The notes beneath the pieces were generated by a model. The model was not told the origin of the DNA and made no database searches. It saw only the letters and a program-made list of their open reading frames with translations. The position numbers and the translations under genes are program-made. This document shows, piece after piece, positions 1 through 9,904 of a stretch of 64,000 nt of DNA. The DNA comes from an uncultured Verrucomicrobiae bacterium (GTDB lineage: Bacteria > Verrucomicrobiota > Verrucomicrobiia > Chthoniobacterales > JAFAMB01): the NCBI GenBank assembly GCA_963762565.1, contig CAVXLD010000001.1, positions 768,001 through 832,000 of the forward strand, written 5' to 3'. Position 1 is the stretch's first letter, and each line of letters begins with the position of its first letter.

Positions 1-458
1 CGCACATCCAAACCGAACCGCTCTTTAGCGAAGAACTTCTTCTCTGCCTGCCGATTGATCATCCACTGGTCCACCAAAAGGCGGTGGTGGCCGCGGATCT
101 GCGCCAAGAGAAATTCATTCTGATGCATGACAGCCACTGTTTGGGAGCGCAGGCGCAGCAGTTCTGCCAATCGAAAGGTTTCAAGCCCCAGATTAGTTGC
201 CGAAGCGCCCAAGTTGGGACGGTTCTGGCAATGGTCAAAGCTGGATTGGGCATCTCGTTAATACCCGAGATGGCCCGGGAACACGGAGCTGAGGAAGGAA
301 TTGTCTACCGCTCGTTGGATGGTGTCCGGCCGAAACGAGTGATAGCGCTGGCGCTGTCCAGCCAGCGAAAACCTTCCCGTGGCACTAGTGAGCTTTCGCA
401 GTTCATTCGGAATTCTTGCGAGCCAAGGCCACGGAAAAAGGATGGAGCTCGGCGGTAA
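1..458 (+). CDS. LysR-family regulator, C-terminal substrate-binding domain (5' part outside window)
   Basis: ...LAMVKAGLGISLIPEMA... is typical of a LysR C-terminus; the frame is open to the window start. Confidence 0.85.
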   Translation, partial: HIQTEPLFSEELLLCLPIDHPLVHQKAVVAADLRQEKFILMHDSHCLGAQAQQFCQSKGFKPQISCRSAQVGTVLAMVKAGLGISLIPEMAREHGAEEGIVYRSLDGVRPKRVIALALSSQRKPSRGTSELSQFIRNSCEPRPRKKDGARR

Positions 459-792
459 ACAAGCCGGCAGCCACCGCGGGGTCTTCTTTAACAAATTCTG
501 ACGCCGCCTCCTGATCTTTCGCCTCGAAGACCAGGATACCGAAAGTCTTGTCCAGAGATTCAGCCGTACGGCCTGCCAGAATCAGCTGACCACGATCAGC
601 CGCTTCCTTAAGCCGAGCGAAATGTTTGTCTACGACCGCGCTATCATCTTTGGTCCAGGCGTTCTCGTCATATAAGCGAGGGATCGGATGTAAAACGCAG
701 ATAAATTGAGAGAGCTTAGCAGGGGTTTGATTTTGACCGAATGAACAACCGGCCCCGACAGATAGCAGCAGGATCATCAGAAAGCGGTTCAT
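403..792 (-). CDS. YciI-family protein with N-terminal signal peptide
   Basis: HFARLKEAA...LILAGRT...FGILVFEA...FVKEDPAV pattern; start moved to ATG 792 (MNRFLMILLL). Confidence 0.75.
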   Translation of the reverse strand: MNRFLMILLLSVGAGCSFGQNQTPAKLSQFICVLHPIPRLYDENAWTKDDSAVVDKHFARLKEAADRGQLILAGRTAESLDKTFGILVFEAKDQEAASEFVKEDPAVAAGLFTAELHPFSVALARKNSE

Positions 793-961
793 AGGGCGAC
801 GGTAGAGATTTCGGGTAGAAGCGGCAACGCGATTCGCAGGAGGATAGCTGCCTAGGTTTGGATGAGTATAAATAGGTGTTTGGATGACGGGCATCAATGA
901 TCAAGGACGACCTCAATAATAATATATCATTTTACTTGCATGTTATTACAACTGATATATA

Positions 962-2920
962 GTGTGTTTTAATAATGTGAACTCCGTCGATTCTTCCATC
1001 CTGGCCACACTTAAGAACGTCTTCGGCTTCGACCAATTTCGAGACGGACAAGCCAAGATCATCACGAAAATTCTGGAAGGAAAATCCGCGTTAGCGGTCT
1101 TCCCTACCGGCAGCGGTAAGAGCCTCTGCTACCAACTCAGCGCGCTGCATTTACCAGGTTTGACTCTCGTCATTTCGCCGCTCATCGCTTTGATGAAAGA
1201 TCAAATCGACTTTTTGAAAGCCCGAAATATTCCGGCAGCTAGATTGGATTCCACGGTCGATCTAGAGGAAATCCGGCGGACAGACGCGGCTTTACGAGCC
1301 GGACGTTTGAAGCTGCTCTATGTGGCGCCGGAACGTTTCTCAAACGAGCGGTTCATTCAGAAATTACGGCAACTCCAAATTTCTCTGGTGGTCATCGACG
1401 AAGCCCATTGCATCTCTGAATGGGGCCATAATTTTCGCCCGGAATACCTAAAGCTGGCTCAAGCCGCAAATAACCTCGGCATCAGCCGGGTGCTGGCGCT
1501 CACTGCGACGGCAACGCCCGCGGTAGCCGATGATATCTGTCGAGGGTTTAAGATCGACGGCGACGCTTTCGTACACACCGGATTTTACCGGCCGAATTTG
1601 ACGCTCCGAGTCACTTTTTGCGCCAACGGCGGCAAGACCGATATTTTATTGGACCGTTTAAAAGATCGTCCATCGGGCCCCGTGATCGTTTATGTCACCT
1701 TACAGCGAACCGCCGAGATGGTGGCCGGCTCTCTGAGCAAAAGAGGCTTCCCGGCTCGCCATTATCATGCCGGATTGAGCGGAGATGAACGGGCTCAAGT
1801 ACAGGATTGGTTTATGAAATCGTCCAACGCGATCGTCGTGGCGACGATCGCGTTCGGCATGGGGATCGATAAATCCAATATCCGCTATGTCTACCATTAT
1901 AACCTGCCGAAAAGCCTAGAGAACTACTCGCAAGAAATCGGCCGGGCTGGGCGTGACGGCCAGGAGTCGACCTGCGAAATGTTAGCCTCAGTCGATGATG
2001 TGACGGTGTTGGAAAATTTTACTTATGGCGACACTCCCGATAAAGGGAGCATTGGCGCCATCATCGATTGGGTTCTGGCCAAGGAGAACCAGTTCGATGT
2101 TTCCGTATACGAGTTGTCCCGGACCTACGATGTGCGACCCCTGGTGATCGAGACCTTGCTCACTTATCTGGAGCTAGAGGATGTGGTCGAAGCCACTGAG
2201 CCATTCTATAACGAGTACCAATTTGTGCTCCTTAAATCGGCGAAAGAGATCTTGGGCCGGTTTGATGCGGAGCGAGCAAACTTCGTTCGCGGCATTTTTG
2301 CCAACGCTACTAAGCACAGCAAGTGGTCTTCGATCGACATTGATGAGACAGAAGGGCGGCTCTCGACGAACCGGGCGCGTATCCTCAAGGCGCTCATGTA
2401 TCTCGAAGAGCGTGGCGACCTGCAGCTAAAGGTGGCAGGGCTCCGGCAAGGTTACCGCCGAAAACCGTGGCTTTCGGACCCGACGGAACTGAAAGGTAAA
2501 ATGGCGGAGCGCTTCGAGGTCAGGGAGAAAAACGACGTGAAGCGGGTCCGACAGGTGGGTCAGCTGGCAGAACATGCCGGATGCATTGTACGCTATCTCC
2601 TGCAGTATTTCGGTGAAGAGCTCGGGCGGGATTGCGGACATTGCGAAAGTTGTCTCGGTAGTTCCCAAAGAACGTTTCTGACCCAACGGACTAAGAACGT
2701 CCCCGCGCTCGATCATCAGTTCAGCGTCCTACGGCACAACTATCTCGACGCGCTTTCTTCTCCGAGGCAAATCGCCCGTTTCCTTTGCGGGCTGAACTCG
2801 CCTCTGCTAACACAAACGAAGTTAAATCGACATGCAGACTTTGGGGCGCTGGCGGAAATCCCGTTCCAGAACGTGATACAGGCCGCGGAGGAGTTGGTGC
2901 TGAACGGGAAGACCGCTTAA
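962..2920 (+). CDS. recQ: RecQ-family ATP-dependent DNA helicase
   Basis: PTGSGKSLCYQL, DEAHCISEWGHNFRP, ATIAFGMGIDK, QEIGRAGRDG, CGHCESC; the start could be GTG 977. Confidence 0.93.
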   Translation: MCFNNVNSVDSSILATLKNVFGFDQFRDGQAKIITKILEGKSALAVFPTGSGKSLCYQLSALHLPGLTLVISPLIALMKDQIDFLKARNIPAARLDSTVDLEEIRRTDAALRAGRLKLLYVAPERFSNERFIQKLRQLQISLVVIDEAHCISEWGHNFRPEYLKLAQAANNLGISRVLALTATATPAVADDICRGFKIDGDAFVHTGFYRPNLTLRVTFCANGGKTDILLDRLKDRPSGPVIVYVTLQRTAEMVAGSLSKRGFPARHYHAGLSGDERAQVQDWFMKSSNAIVVATIAFGMGIDKSNIRYVYHYNLPKSLENYSQEIGRAGRDGQESTCEMLASVDDVTVLENFTYGDTPDKGSIGAIIDWVLAKENQFDVSVYELSRTYDVRPLVIETLLTYLELEDVVEATEPFYNEYQFVLLKSAKEILGRFDAERANFVRGIFANATKHSKWSSIDIDETEGRLSTNRARILKALMYLEERGDLQLKVAGLRQGYRRKPWLSDPTELKGKMAERFEVREKNDVKRVRQVGQLAEHAGCIVRYLLQYFGEELGRDCGHCESCLGSSQRTFLTQRTKNVPALDHQFSVLRHNYLDALSSPRQIARFLCGLNSPLLTQTKLNRHADFGALAEIPFQNVIQAAEELVLNGKTA

Positions 2921-2943
2921 TGGGATCTCGCGCGGCAGGAACT

Positions 2944-3121
2944 GGGAGGGATCGCTGCCTGTCCGACATAGCCTTCTCTTCCTGGTTTCTTTTCTCCCAG
3001 AGTTGGCGACGTCGGATCCTCGCGATCCGTTGTTCGCAGAGCCCCGTGCAGACCAGATAGAGTGTTTGCATATGCCGACGACACAGACCTGTTCGCGGCG
3101 CGCGAGGACACGCGCCTCCCC
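2944..3121 (+). repeat. Family B palindromic element, copy 1
   Basis: GGGAGGGATCGCTGCCTGTCCGACATAGCC...GGCGACGTCGGATCCTCGCGATCC...CGCGGCGCGCGAGGACACGCGCCTCCC; homologous to 5257, 34612 and 54368/55979. Confidence 0.9.
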
Positions 3122-3249
3122 GGGGCTCCGCTCGACCGGATTCGAGGACGGGGACGAGAACGAAGCGCCCGGCTAGCGAGGCTCTCCACCGGTTCCTACT
3201 TGAAAAAAACGACAAACCAGTAGAATACAGGTCGAAATTTTTGCTTCGT

Positions 3250-3951
3250 ATGACAAAACCCCGCCTCCGTGCCCTCTTCCTGGGAGCTGCCTCCGGTATA
3301 GCCCTTTTGACCGGCTGCACCACAACCGAAACGACCTCAACCAGCGGTACGTTCCCAGGCAACTATACAGTCGTAGCCTACAAACCGAAGGACCCCAGTG
3401 CGGTCCGGGTTAAAGTGTCGCTCGAAAACGCGATGATTTACGTGATGGAGGGTGACCGTCCGTTACTGGTGACGCCCTGCACGGTTGGCGTTCCGGGTAA
3501 ATCAACTCCGACCGGCACCTACCACGTGCTCGACAAGGAAAAGGACAAACGCTCCGCTTCATACGGGTTCTGGGTCAAAGGCGGTGAAATTATCGTTGGA
3601 GAAAGCACCAGGGCGCCAGGGAGTGGATATCACTACGTTGGCTATCCGATGCCATACTGGGTCGAGTTTAAACCGGAATACGGATTTCACGCCGGAGCCG
3701 TTTGGCCAGTCCCGCGTAGCCACGGCTGCATTCACGTACACCCGAACGTCGCACCAAAGTTTTTCGCCCTGGTCCATAGCGGCACGCCGGTCACGATTTC
3801 CAGATCCCTTCCGGAGGATGCAACCATTGGAAAGAACGTCGGGCGACCGAGAGACTATACCTGGAAAGACCCGGCAGCCTCACTGCTGATCTCAGGTCCT
3901 TCAAGTCACGCGTTCACCGGGCCGCAAGAGCCAGCTTTGGCGAATCAGTAA
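3250..3951 (+). CDS. L,D-transpeptidase (YkuD-like) lipoprotein
   Basis: Lipobox LLTGC; YGFHAG...SHGCIHV catalytic His/Cys motif. Confidence 0.85.
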   Translation: MTKPRLRALFLGAASGIALLTGCTTTETTSTSGTFPGNYTVVAYKPKDPSAVRVKVSLENAMIYVMEGDRPLLVTPCTVGVPGKSTPTGTYHVLDKEKDKRSASYGFWVKGGEIIVGESTRAPGSGYHYVGYPMPYWVEFKPEYGFHAGAVWPVPRSHGCIHVHPNVAPKFFALVHSGTPVTISRSLPEDATIGKNVGRPRDYTWKDPAASLLISGPSSHAFTGPQEPALANQ

Positions 3952-4000
3952 CCACTTTTTTAGTAGCTGCGAACCGGCATAGCCGGGTTTAGCCTTATCA

Positions 4001-5248
4001 ATGTCCGCACCCGAAAGTACTGCTCCCGCCAAAGCAAGGAAGATCAACCTGCGTACGCCAGATGTAATGGCGAAAGTGCAGGAGCAGGTAGAGTCCCATT
4101 ATCGTAGTACGATTGTTGAGAAGATCCGAGCTAACGGCGGGATCCTTCGCGTGCAGGACACAACCGTCTTCTTGGCGAAGCAATTCGGCTTCTGCTACGG
4201 GGTGGAACGGGCTATCGACTTAGCTTATGCCGCGCGCAAGGTCTTTAAAGACAAGCGTTTATTCATTCTCGGCGAGATTATTCATAATCCGCTGGTGAAC
4301 GACCAGATCGCGACGATGGGGATTAAGAACCTTATCGGTAAGAACCGCGAAGCGAAGATCGAGGATTTGACGGCTGACGACGTCGTCATCGTTCCGGCCT
4401 TTGGCACTGATCTGGAAACCTTACGGCAAATTAACGAGCGCGGTTGTCAAATTGTGGACACAACCTGCGGCGATGTAATGAGCGTCTGGAAGCGAGTGAG
4501 ACAAAACGCTACCGAGAACGTTACTTCCATTATTCATGGGAAAGCCGAACACGAAGAGACGAAAGCGACGGCATCCCGTGCGCTCGGTCTGGGTCATGGC
4601 CATTATCTCGTAGTCTTGACCTTAGCTGACACCGATTACGTCTGTGACTACATCCGCCACGGCGGGGACAAAAATACTTTACTCGAACGGTTTGAAGACG
4701 CGTGCTCGCCCGGGTTTGATCCCGATATCCATCTGAAAGCGGTGGGCGTCGCCAACCAAACGACGATGTTGCGGGGCGAAACCGAAGAAGTCCAAAGACG
4801 AGTTCGAGCAGCCATCATTGATCGAGACGGACCAGAGAAGGGAGCCCAGAACTTTCGTTTCTTCGACACCATTTGCGGAGCCACACAGGAACGGCAAGAT
4901 GCGCTGCGAGTGCTCATGAAGGAGAAGATGGACCTGCTCTTGGTTGTTGGCGGTTACAATAGTTCGAACACTTCCCACCTGGCGGAGATGGGAGAAGCCG
5001 AGTTGCCGACTTATTTCATTCGCGGGGCGAACAAGCTCGAGAGCACCAATCGGATTACCCACTTCAATCTGCACAGAAAGGCCGAAACCACGACGGACGA
5101 TTGGCTTCCGACTGGGCCAGCCGTTATTGGAATCACCGCCGGCGCCTCCTGTCCCAATAACCTCATCGAAGAGACTATTTTGCGTGTTTACCAGCTACGC
5201 GGGGTGGCAGCTGAGGAAATTTTGGGGACTAATCTGGAAGTCGAGTAG
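4001..5248 (+). CDS. ispH: 4-hydroxy-3-methylbut-2-enyl diphosphate reductase
   Basis: FGFCYGVERA, DTTCGDV, TICGATQERQ, SSNT, ITAGASCP. Confidence 0.95.
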   Translation: MSAPESTAPAKARKINLRTPDVMAKVQEQVESHYRSTIVEKIRANGGILRVQDTTVFLAKQFGFCYGVERAIDLAYAARKVFKDKRLFILGEIIHNPLVNDQIATMGIKNLIGKNREAKIEDLTADDVVIVPAFGTDLETLRQINERGCQIVDTTCGDVMSVWKRVRQNATENVTSIIHGKAEHEETKATASRALGLGHGHYLVVLTLADTDYVCDYIRHGGDKNTLLERFEDACSPGFDPDIHLKAVGVANQTTMLRGETEEVQRRVRAAIIDRDGPEKGAQNFRFFDTICGATQERQDALRVLMKEKMDLLLVVGGYNSSNTSHLAEMGEAELPTYFIRGANKLESTNRITHFNLHRKAETTTDDWLPTGPAVIGITAGASCPNNLIEETILRVYQLRGVAAEEILGTNLEVE

Positions 5249-5256
5249 CGTCCGTC

Positions 5257-5443
5257 GGGAGGGATCGCTGCCTCGCGATCCGTTCGAAGCCGAGGACGGG
5301 TTGTGATCGCATGAAAATACACCTTTGGGGTTGTGGCACGTTCTCGCAGCGCGCGGGGATCCGACGTCGCCACGCTCGGTGAAAAATCGATTGGATGCGT
5401 CAGGCTATGTCGGACAGGCAGCGCGCCCTCCCCGATTTGCACC
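5257..5443 (+). repeat. Family B palindromic element, copy 2 (sub-module inverted, in right arm)
   Basis: GGGAGGGATCGCTGCCTCGCGATCC...ATCCGACGTCGCC...GGCTATGTCGGACAGGCAGCGCGCCCTCCCC. Confidence 0.88.
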
Positions 5444-5636
5444 TTGCGATGCCGCGGGGTCGATTCACGCAACCGCGACGGACAGACAGAGCGCATACCC
5501 GGTTCGAGTTACCCAAGCCTGAGGCCTGGGCTAATCTCGGTAACCCGCCGCGGCGGGTAGACCCATCGGAGACCAGCCTCAACCCTCCCCGCTTTTCGTC
5601 TGTTCTTCAGCCACCGACAACGGTTAATTTTCGTAC

Positions 5637-6077
5637 GTGTCCGAGCGTTTTCTGATCGTCGACGGCCATAGTATTATTTTTGCCTGGCCGGAGTTGCTTG
5701 CGTTGCATCAACGCAATACGGCGGGAGCGCGCGACAGCTTAGTGAGGACGTTGACCGCTTATCAGGACGTATCAGGGACTCACGTGGTGGTAGTTTTTGA
5801 TGGTAAAGGCGCCATGGTTAACAAAATCGAGGAACCGGGCGGAATTCAGATCTTTTATTCGAACGCCGGTCGTACAGCCGATGAGATCGTCGAGCGTTTG
5901 GTCGCTAAGTACGGCAAAAAGTTTTCGATGACGGTAGCAACGGCCGATTTGCTAGAGCAGCAAACGGTGACCTCTTTCGGAGCTCAACCAATTGGATCTG
6001 AGGGACTACGTCGAATGATTCAGGATGCTCAAGTGGAGTTCGCAGCGGAGCTGAAGCGGCGACGACGCAGGAGCTAG
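5637..6077 (+). CDS. NYN-domain (YacP/Rae1-like) ribonuclease
   Basis: LIVDGHS, VVVVFDG, IFYS...TADEIVERLV, VATAD. Confidence 0.85.
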   Translation: MSERFLIVDGHSIIFAWPELLALHQRNTAGARDSLVRTLTAYQDVSGTHVVVVFDGKGAMVNKIEEPGGIQIFYSNAGRTADEIVERLVAKYGKKFSMTVATADLLEQQTVTSFGAQPIGSEGLRRMIQDAQVEFAAELKRRRRRS

Positions 6078-6418
6078 GAGCTAGAATCTAGGAGCTAGGA
6101 GAGGAGCCGCTGGGCGTAGGAAAGCGCTGGGCAGGGGCGGCGCGACCGGCGCCGCGAACGGATGGGACCTATACGACATATACGACCTATAGGACATATA
6201 GGACTTATATGACGCGGGAGACATATAGGTCCTATGGTCCGATAAGCCTGTCGCGCCGTAGGCTTGGCGAAGGCGGATCCTATCCGTGCCACTCTTCGCT
6301 GCGGCTGTCGCCAAAGTGACCGCCAACACACCTGAACGCCCCAAATCGAGGACGAGAACGAGAACGATTCCTGCCGCGGTAGCCTCGTCTAGCTCCTAGA
6401 TTCTAGCTCCTAGCTCCT
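6069..6418. repeat. Inverted heptamer arrays (TAGGAGC) enclosing a 9-mer array and other repeat modules
   Basis: Perfect 30-bp IR 6069-6098 / 6389-6418; GACMTATAS-like 9-mers at 6166-6213. Confidence 0.9.
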
Positions 6419-6426
6419 AGCTCCTT

Positions 6427-7425
6427 TTATCCGGTCCGATAGATTCGGATCTGGGAATCGAGCTCGCCATCAAGGAGGTCACAGAACTCACGAGGAGACT
6501 CCAACGCAGCGAAGACTCCGGCCTTATCCAAAACGACGAGATTACATTGGCGAGCCACTTCCCGGAGCCGGTGACCTACATGGACGGGCGGGAACTTTGC
6601 TTCTTCTCCCCAAACCAGCGTAACCGGCTGAGTCACTTCGGCTAAATGCCGCTCCAAATCAACGTTGAGCCTGCCCCGAATCGAATAGAGAGCGGCACGG
6701 TTGGCGCCAAACTGGCGGGAGTAAGTCCAGATAACGTCGACTATCTCGTCATCGATCTTCTCTGGGTCGGCAAAACAAGCCGTGGCCAGCCAAAGGCGGA
6801 TCCGAGCTTTGGTCGCCAGAAACCGATAGTAATAGGTTTGCCGGGCCAATGGGAGTGCAGCCAACCACCGACTATAGCCAAAGAAAGAGCGCCGGCCGTG
6901 GTTCTGCGCCCTACCGCCGGGCATCACTAGAACCAATCTTTGGATCAATTCCGGATGACGTTCGGCCAACAGAGTCGCGAAGGCCGCACCTAAGCCGCTA
7001 GCGACGATTACTGAGCGCGTTTGTCCGGCTTTTGCGCGAAGAAATTCAGCTAGAATCTCTGTGTGTTCCGAAGGACTGAATGGCCGATTCGGCCGGGATG
7101 ATTCGCCAAACCCGAGGAGGTCCGGCGCCAGGACCTGGAACCGATCTGCAAAATGGGGATAAACTCGTGACCACTCAAACGACGATGCCCCCGTGTAGAC
7201 GCCATGGATGAAAACCAGCGGTTCGCCCTTCCCAGACTCGTGATAAACCAGATGGCCTCTACCAGTATAAAAGATTCGGGTCGCAAAAATCGCGGGAGCG
7301 ACTGTGTCCGGGATTTTCGCAGATTTCGGCGTTTTGAAGGCGTAACGGAGCGCCAAGACGACCGCGCCGAGCAAACCCGCGCCCAGGCCTACGCCCCAGA
7401 ACCGATACTTCGAAAGAAATTTCAA
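6427..7425 (-). CDS. Alpha/beta-fold hydrolase with N-terminal membrane anchor
   Basis: PLVFIHG, APDLLGFGES, VIVASGLG; the usual nucleophile-elbow and His motifs look degenerate. Confidence 0.8.
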   Translation of the reverse strand: MKFLSKYRFWGVGLGAGLLGAVVLALRYAFKTPKSAKIPDTVAPAIFATRIFYTGRGHLVYHESGKGEPLVFIHGVYTGASSFEWSRVYPHFADRFQVLAPDLLGFGESSRPNRPFSPSEHTEILAEFLRAKAGQTRSVIVASGLGAAFATLLAERHPELIQRLVLVMPGGRAQNHGRRSFFGYSRWLAALPLARQTYYYRFLATKARIRLWLATACFADPEKIDDEIVDVIWTYSRQFGANRAALYSIRGRLNVDLERHLAEVTQPVTLVWGEEAKFPPVHVGHRLREVARQCNLVVLDKAGVFAALESPREFCDLLDGELDSQIRIYRTG

Positions 7426-8447
7426 GTCAGCAGCACCCTACCCGAGCCGGGCGTGATCTGTCCAATCACCTTTGAGCCCGTCTTCGCAGCGACCTCTTCA
7501 ACGTGATGCCTGGCGACAACCAAGACCATGCCGATCCCCATATTGAAGACCTCAAACATTTCCTGAACGGAGATATCTCCCCCGCGTTGGATGAGGCGAA
7601 AAATCGGCGGCACTTTCCAAGAGGCCGTATCGACCAACGCGTCGCAAGTTGGAGGCAATACTCTTGGAATATTATCGATCAAGCCACCGCCGGTGACATG
7701 GGCTGCTGCTTTGATGCGACCCGAGGGCACACCGGCTAGCAGTGGTTGATAATTCTTATGAATCCGCAGAAGCTCTTCTCCCAGCGGCCGAGTCAGGCCT
7801 TCGGCTTTAGCCGCCAGATCGAGGCGCATTTGCTGTAACAAAACTTTGCGAGCCAGGCTAAATCCGTTCGTATGCAATCCGTTCGAAGGAAGCCCGAGTA
7901 AAACGTCGGATGGGACGATGCGTAAGCCGTCCAAGATCTTCGGACGATCAACCACTCCAACAATACAACCAGCGAGGTCATACTCGCGAGGGTGATAAAG
8001 GTCGGGCAACTGCGCCGTCTCTCCGCCGATCAAAGCGCAATTCCCCGCTTTGCAGGCCTTGGTAAAACCCGAGATCAGTTGATCAAAAACCTCGGGATCC
8101 AATCGTTCGGACCCGATATAATCCAAAAAGAAAAGGGGCCGAGCGCCGGTCACCGCGATATCATTGATACAGTGATTCACCAAATCCTGCGCAACTGATT
8201 CATGGCTGTTCAACGCGACCGCTATCTTCAGCTTGGTGCCAACTCCGTCGATACTGGAAACCAGCACCGGCTCTTTCATTTGTCCAAACTCGGCCCGAAA
8301 CAAGCCACCAAAACCACCGATTCGGCCTAAGACCTCAGGTCCGTAGGTTCGTTGGACTTTATCCTGCAGGCCCTGCTTTACCTTATTGCCAAGTGCGATA
8401 TCGACGCCGGCGGCTGCGTAGGCCTTCTTCTTTGAGACAGGTCTCAT
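7422..8447 (-). CDS. purM: Phosphoribosylaminoimidazole synthetase
   Basis: YAAAGVDI, DGVGTKL, IGGETAQLP, FNMGIG. Confidence 0.97.
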   Translation of the reverse strand: MRPVSKKKAYAAAGVDIALGNKVKQGLQDKVQRTYGPEVLGRIGGFGGLFRAEFGQMKEPVLVSSIDGVGTKLKIAVALNSHESVAQDLVNHCINDIAVTGARPLFFLDYIGSERLDPEVFDQLISGFTKACKAGNCALIGGETAQLPDLYHPREYDLAGCIVGVVDRPKILDGLRIVPSDVLLGLPSNGLHTNGFSLARKVLLQQMRLDLAAKAEGLTRPLGEELLRIHKNYQPLLAGVPSGRIKAAAHVTGGGLIDNIPRVLPPTCDALVDTASWKVPPIFRLIQRGGDISVQEMFEVFNMGIGMVLVVARHHVEEVAAKTGSKVIGQITPGSGRVLLT

Positions 8448-9904
8448 TTAGACGGAACGAATAGTCGAGGCTGGGCGATATCTTCCTGCAAAAGCTGCGA
8501 TCGCCCTTTGCGACGTTCCATGATGAATTTGTCCAACACACCATTAAACGGAACCGGATATTCGCCGTCGAAGCATGCCAGACAAAAATTGTCCCTGGGC
8601 AGGCCAGTTGCCCGAACCATGCCTTCAATGTCTAGGTAGCCGACGGAATCGACTCCGAGATAGTCCTCAATCCCGTCAGGAGGACACTGATTGGCTAAGA
8701 GATTCTTGGGGTCAGGGAAATCGATGCCGTAAAAACAGGCAAACCGATGGGGAGGACAGCTAATCCGGAGGTGTACTTCCTTCGCGCCGGCCTCCCTCAA
8801 GTTCACTACCCGCGCTCGCGCCGTGGTCCCGCGCACAACCGAATCATCCACTACTACTACTCTCTTGCCTTCCACTAACTCTTTGATCAGGTTCAGCTTC
8901 ACTCGCACATTGAAGTCACGAATGAGTTGGGTTGGCTGAAGGAAGGTTCGCCCGATGTAGTGATTTCGAACGAAAGCAGGCTCGTAAGGAATTCCCAGCT
9001 CGTGACTGAATCCGAGAGCGGCATAGTTACCGGAGTCGGGCACAGGCACCACGATGTCGGCTTCCACGGGATGCAAGAGCGCAAGTTCCCTTCCCATTGC
9101 CACCCGAACTTTACTGACATTGCGGTTCTGGATCATGCTATCCGGCCGCGCAAAGTAGACGAACTCAAACATGCAGAACGCTTGCCGCTCTTCCTTGAAC
9201 GGCCATTCGGAGTGGATGCCATCGTCGTTGATGATGATCACCTCGCCCGGCTCTACCTCGCGAACAAACTCGGCGTGAATCAGGTCAAACGCACAGGTCT
9301 CTGAAGCTAAAATAAAGGCATCGTCTAGTTTCCCTAGAACCAAGGGCCGGAAGCCATACGGGTCACGCACCCCAATAATTTCTTTCTCGCCCATAACCAC
9401 AAACGAGAAGGCCCCATGGAGTTGACGAAGGGCGGTTAGCACATTCCGATGTCCGCTAGGCTGAGCTAACAAATGCAAAACGATCTCGCTATCGACAGTC
9501 GTCTGAAAAATCGAGCCCCGACTCTCCAGTTCGTCGCGCAAAGGCGCCGCATTAATAAGGTTACCGTTGTGAGCGATCGCTAACTGGCCGCGAGCGCAAT
9601 CCACCACAAAGGGTTGAGCATTTTTTAAGGTACTCGAACCGCTGGTGGAATATCGAACATGGCCGATCGCTCGAGACCCTCTTAGTACCTGCAGTTCCTT
9701 TTCCCCAAAGACCTGGGAGACCAAGCCCATTCCCCGATGAATATGAAATGGCTGAGACGACCCCTCGGCGGTAACAATACCGGCACTTTCTTGACCCCGG
9801 TGCTGGAGGGCGAATAACCCATAGTACGTCAGCATCGCGGCGTCGGGATGCCCGTACACCGCGAAGACACCGCATTCGTGGGTGGGTTTATGGTGCGTTT
9901 TCAC
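8444..9904 (-). CDS. purF: Amidophosphoribosyltransferase
   Basis: [31 protein letters not shown] 9904 overlaps the purL stop. Confidence 0.97.
   Translation of the reverse strand: MKTHHKPTHECGVFAVYGHPDAAMLTYYGLFALQHRGQESAGIVTAEGSSQPFHIHRGMGLVSQVFGEKELQVLRGSRAIGHVRYSTSGSSTLKNAQPFVVDCARGQLAIAHNGNLINAAPLRDELESRGSIFQTTVDSEIVLHLLAQPSGHRNVLTALRQLHGAFSFVVMGEKEIIGVRDPYGFRPLVLGKLDDAFILASETCAFDLIHAEFVREVEPGEVIIINDDGIHSEWPFKEERQAFCMFEFVYFARPDSMIQNRNVSKVRVAMGRELALLHPVEADIVVPVPDSGNYAALGFSHELGIPYEPAFVRNHYIGRTFLQPTQLIRDFNVRVKLNLIKELVEGKRVVVVDDSVVRGTTARARVVNLREAGAKEVHLRISCPPHRFACFYGIDFPDPKNLLANQCPPDGIEDYLGVDSVGYLDIEGMVRATGLPRDNFCLACFDGEYPVPFNGVLDKFIMERRKGRSQLLQEDIAQPRLFVPSK

Noticed and set aside
6081..6344. 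ORF with SYMSYR repeats
   Set aside because: It is a by-product of the intergenic 9-mer array, with no other coding evidence.
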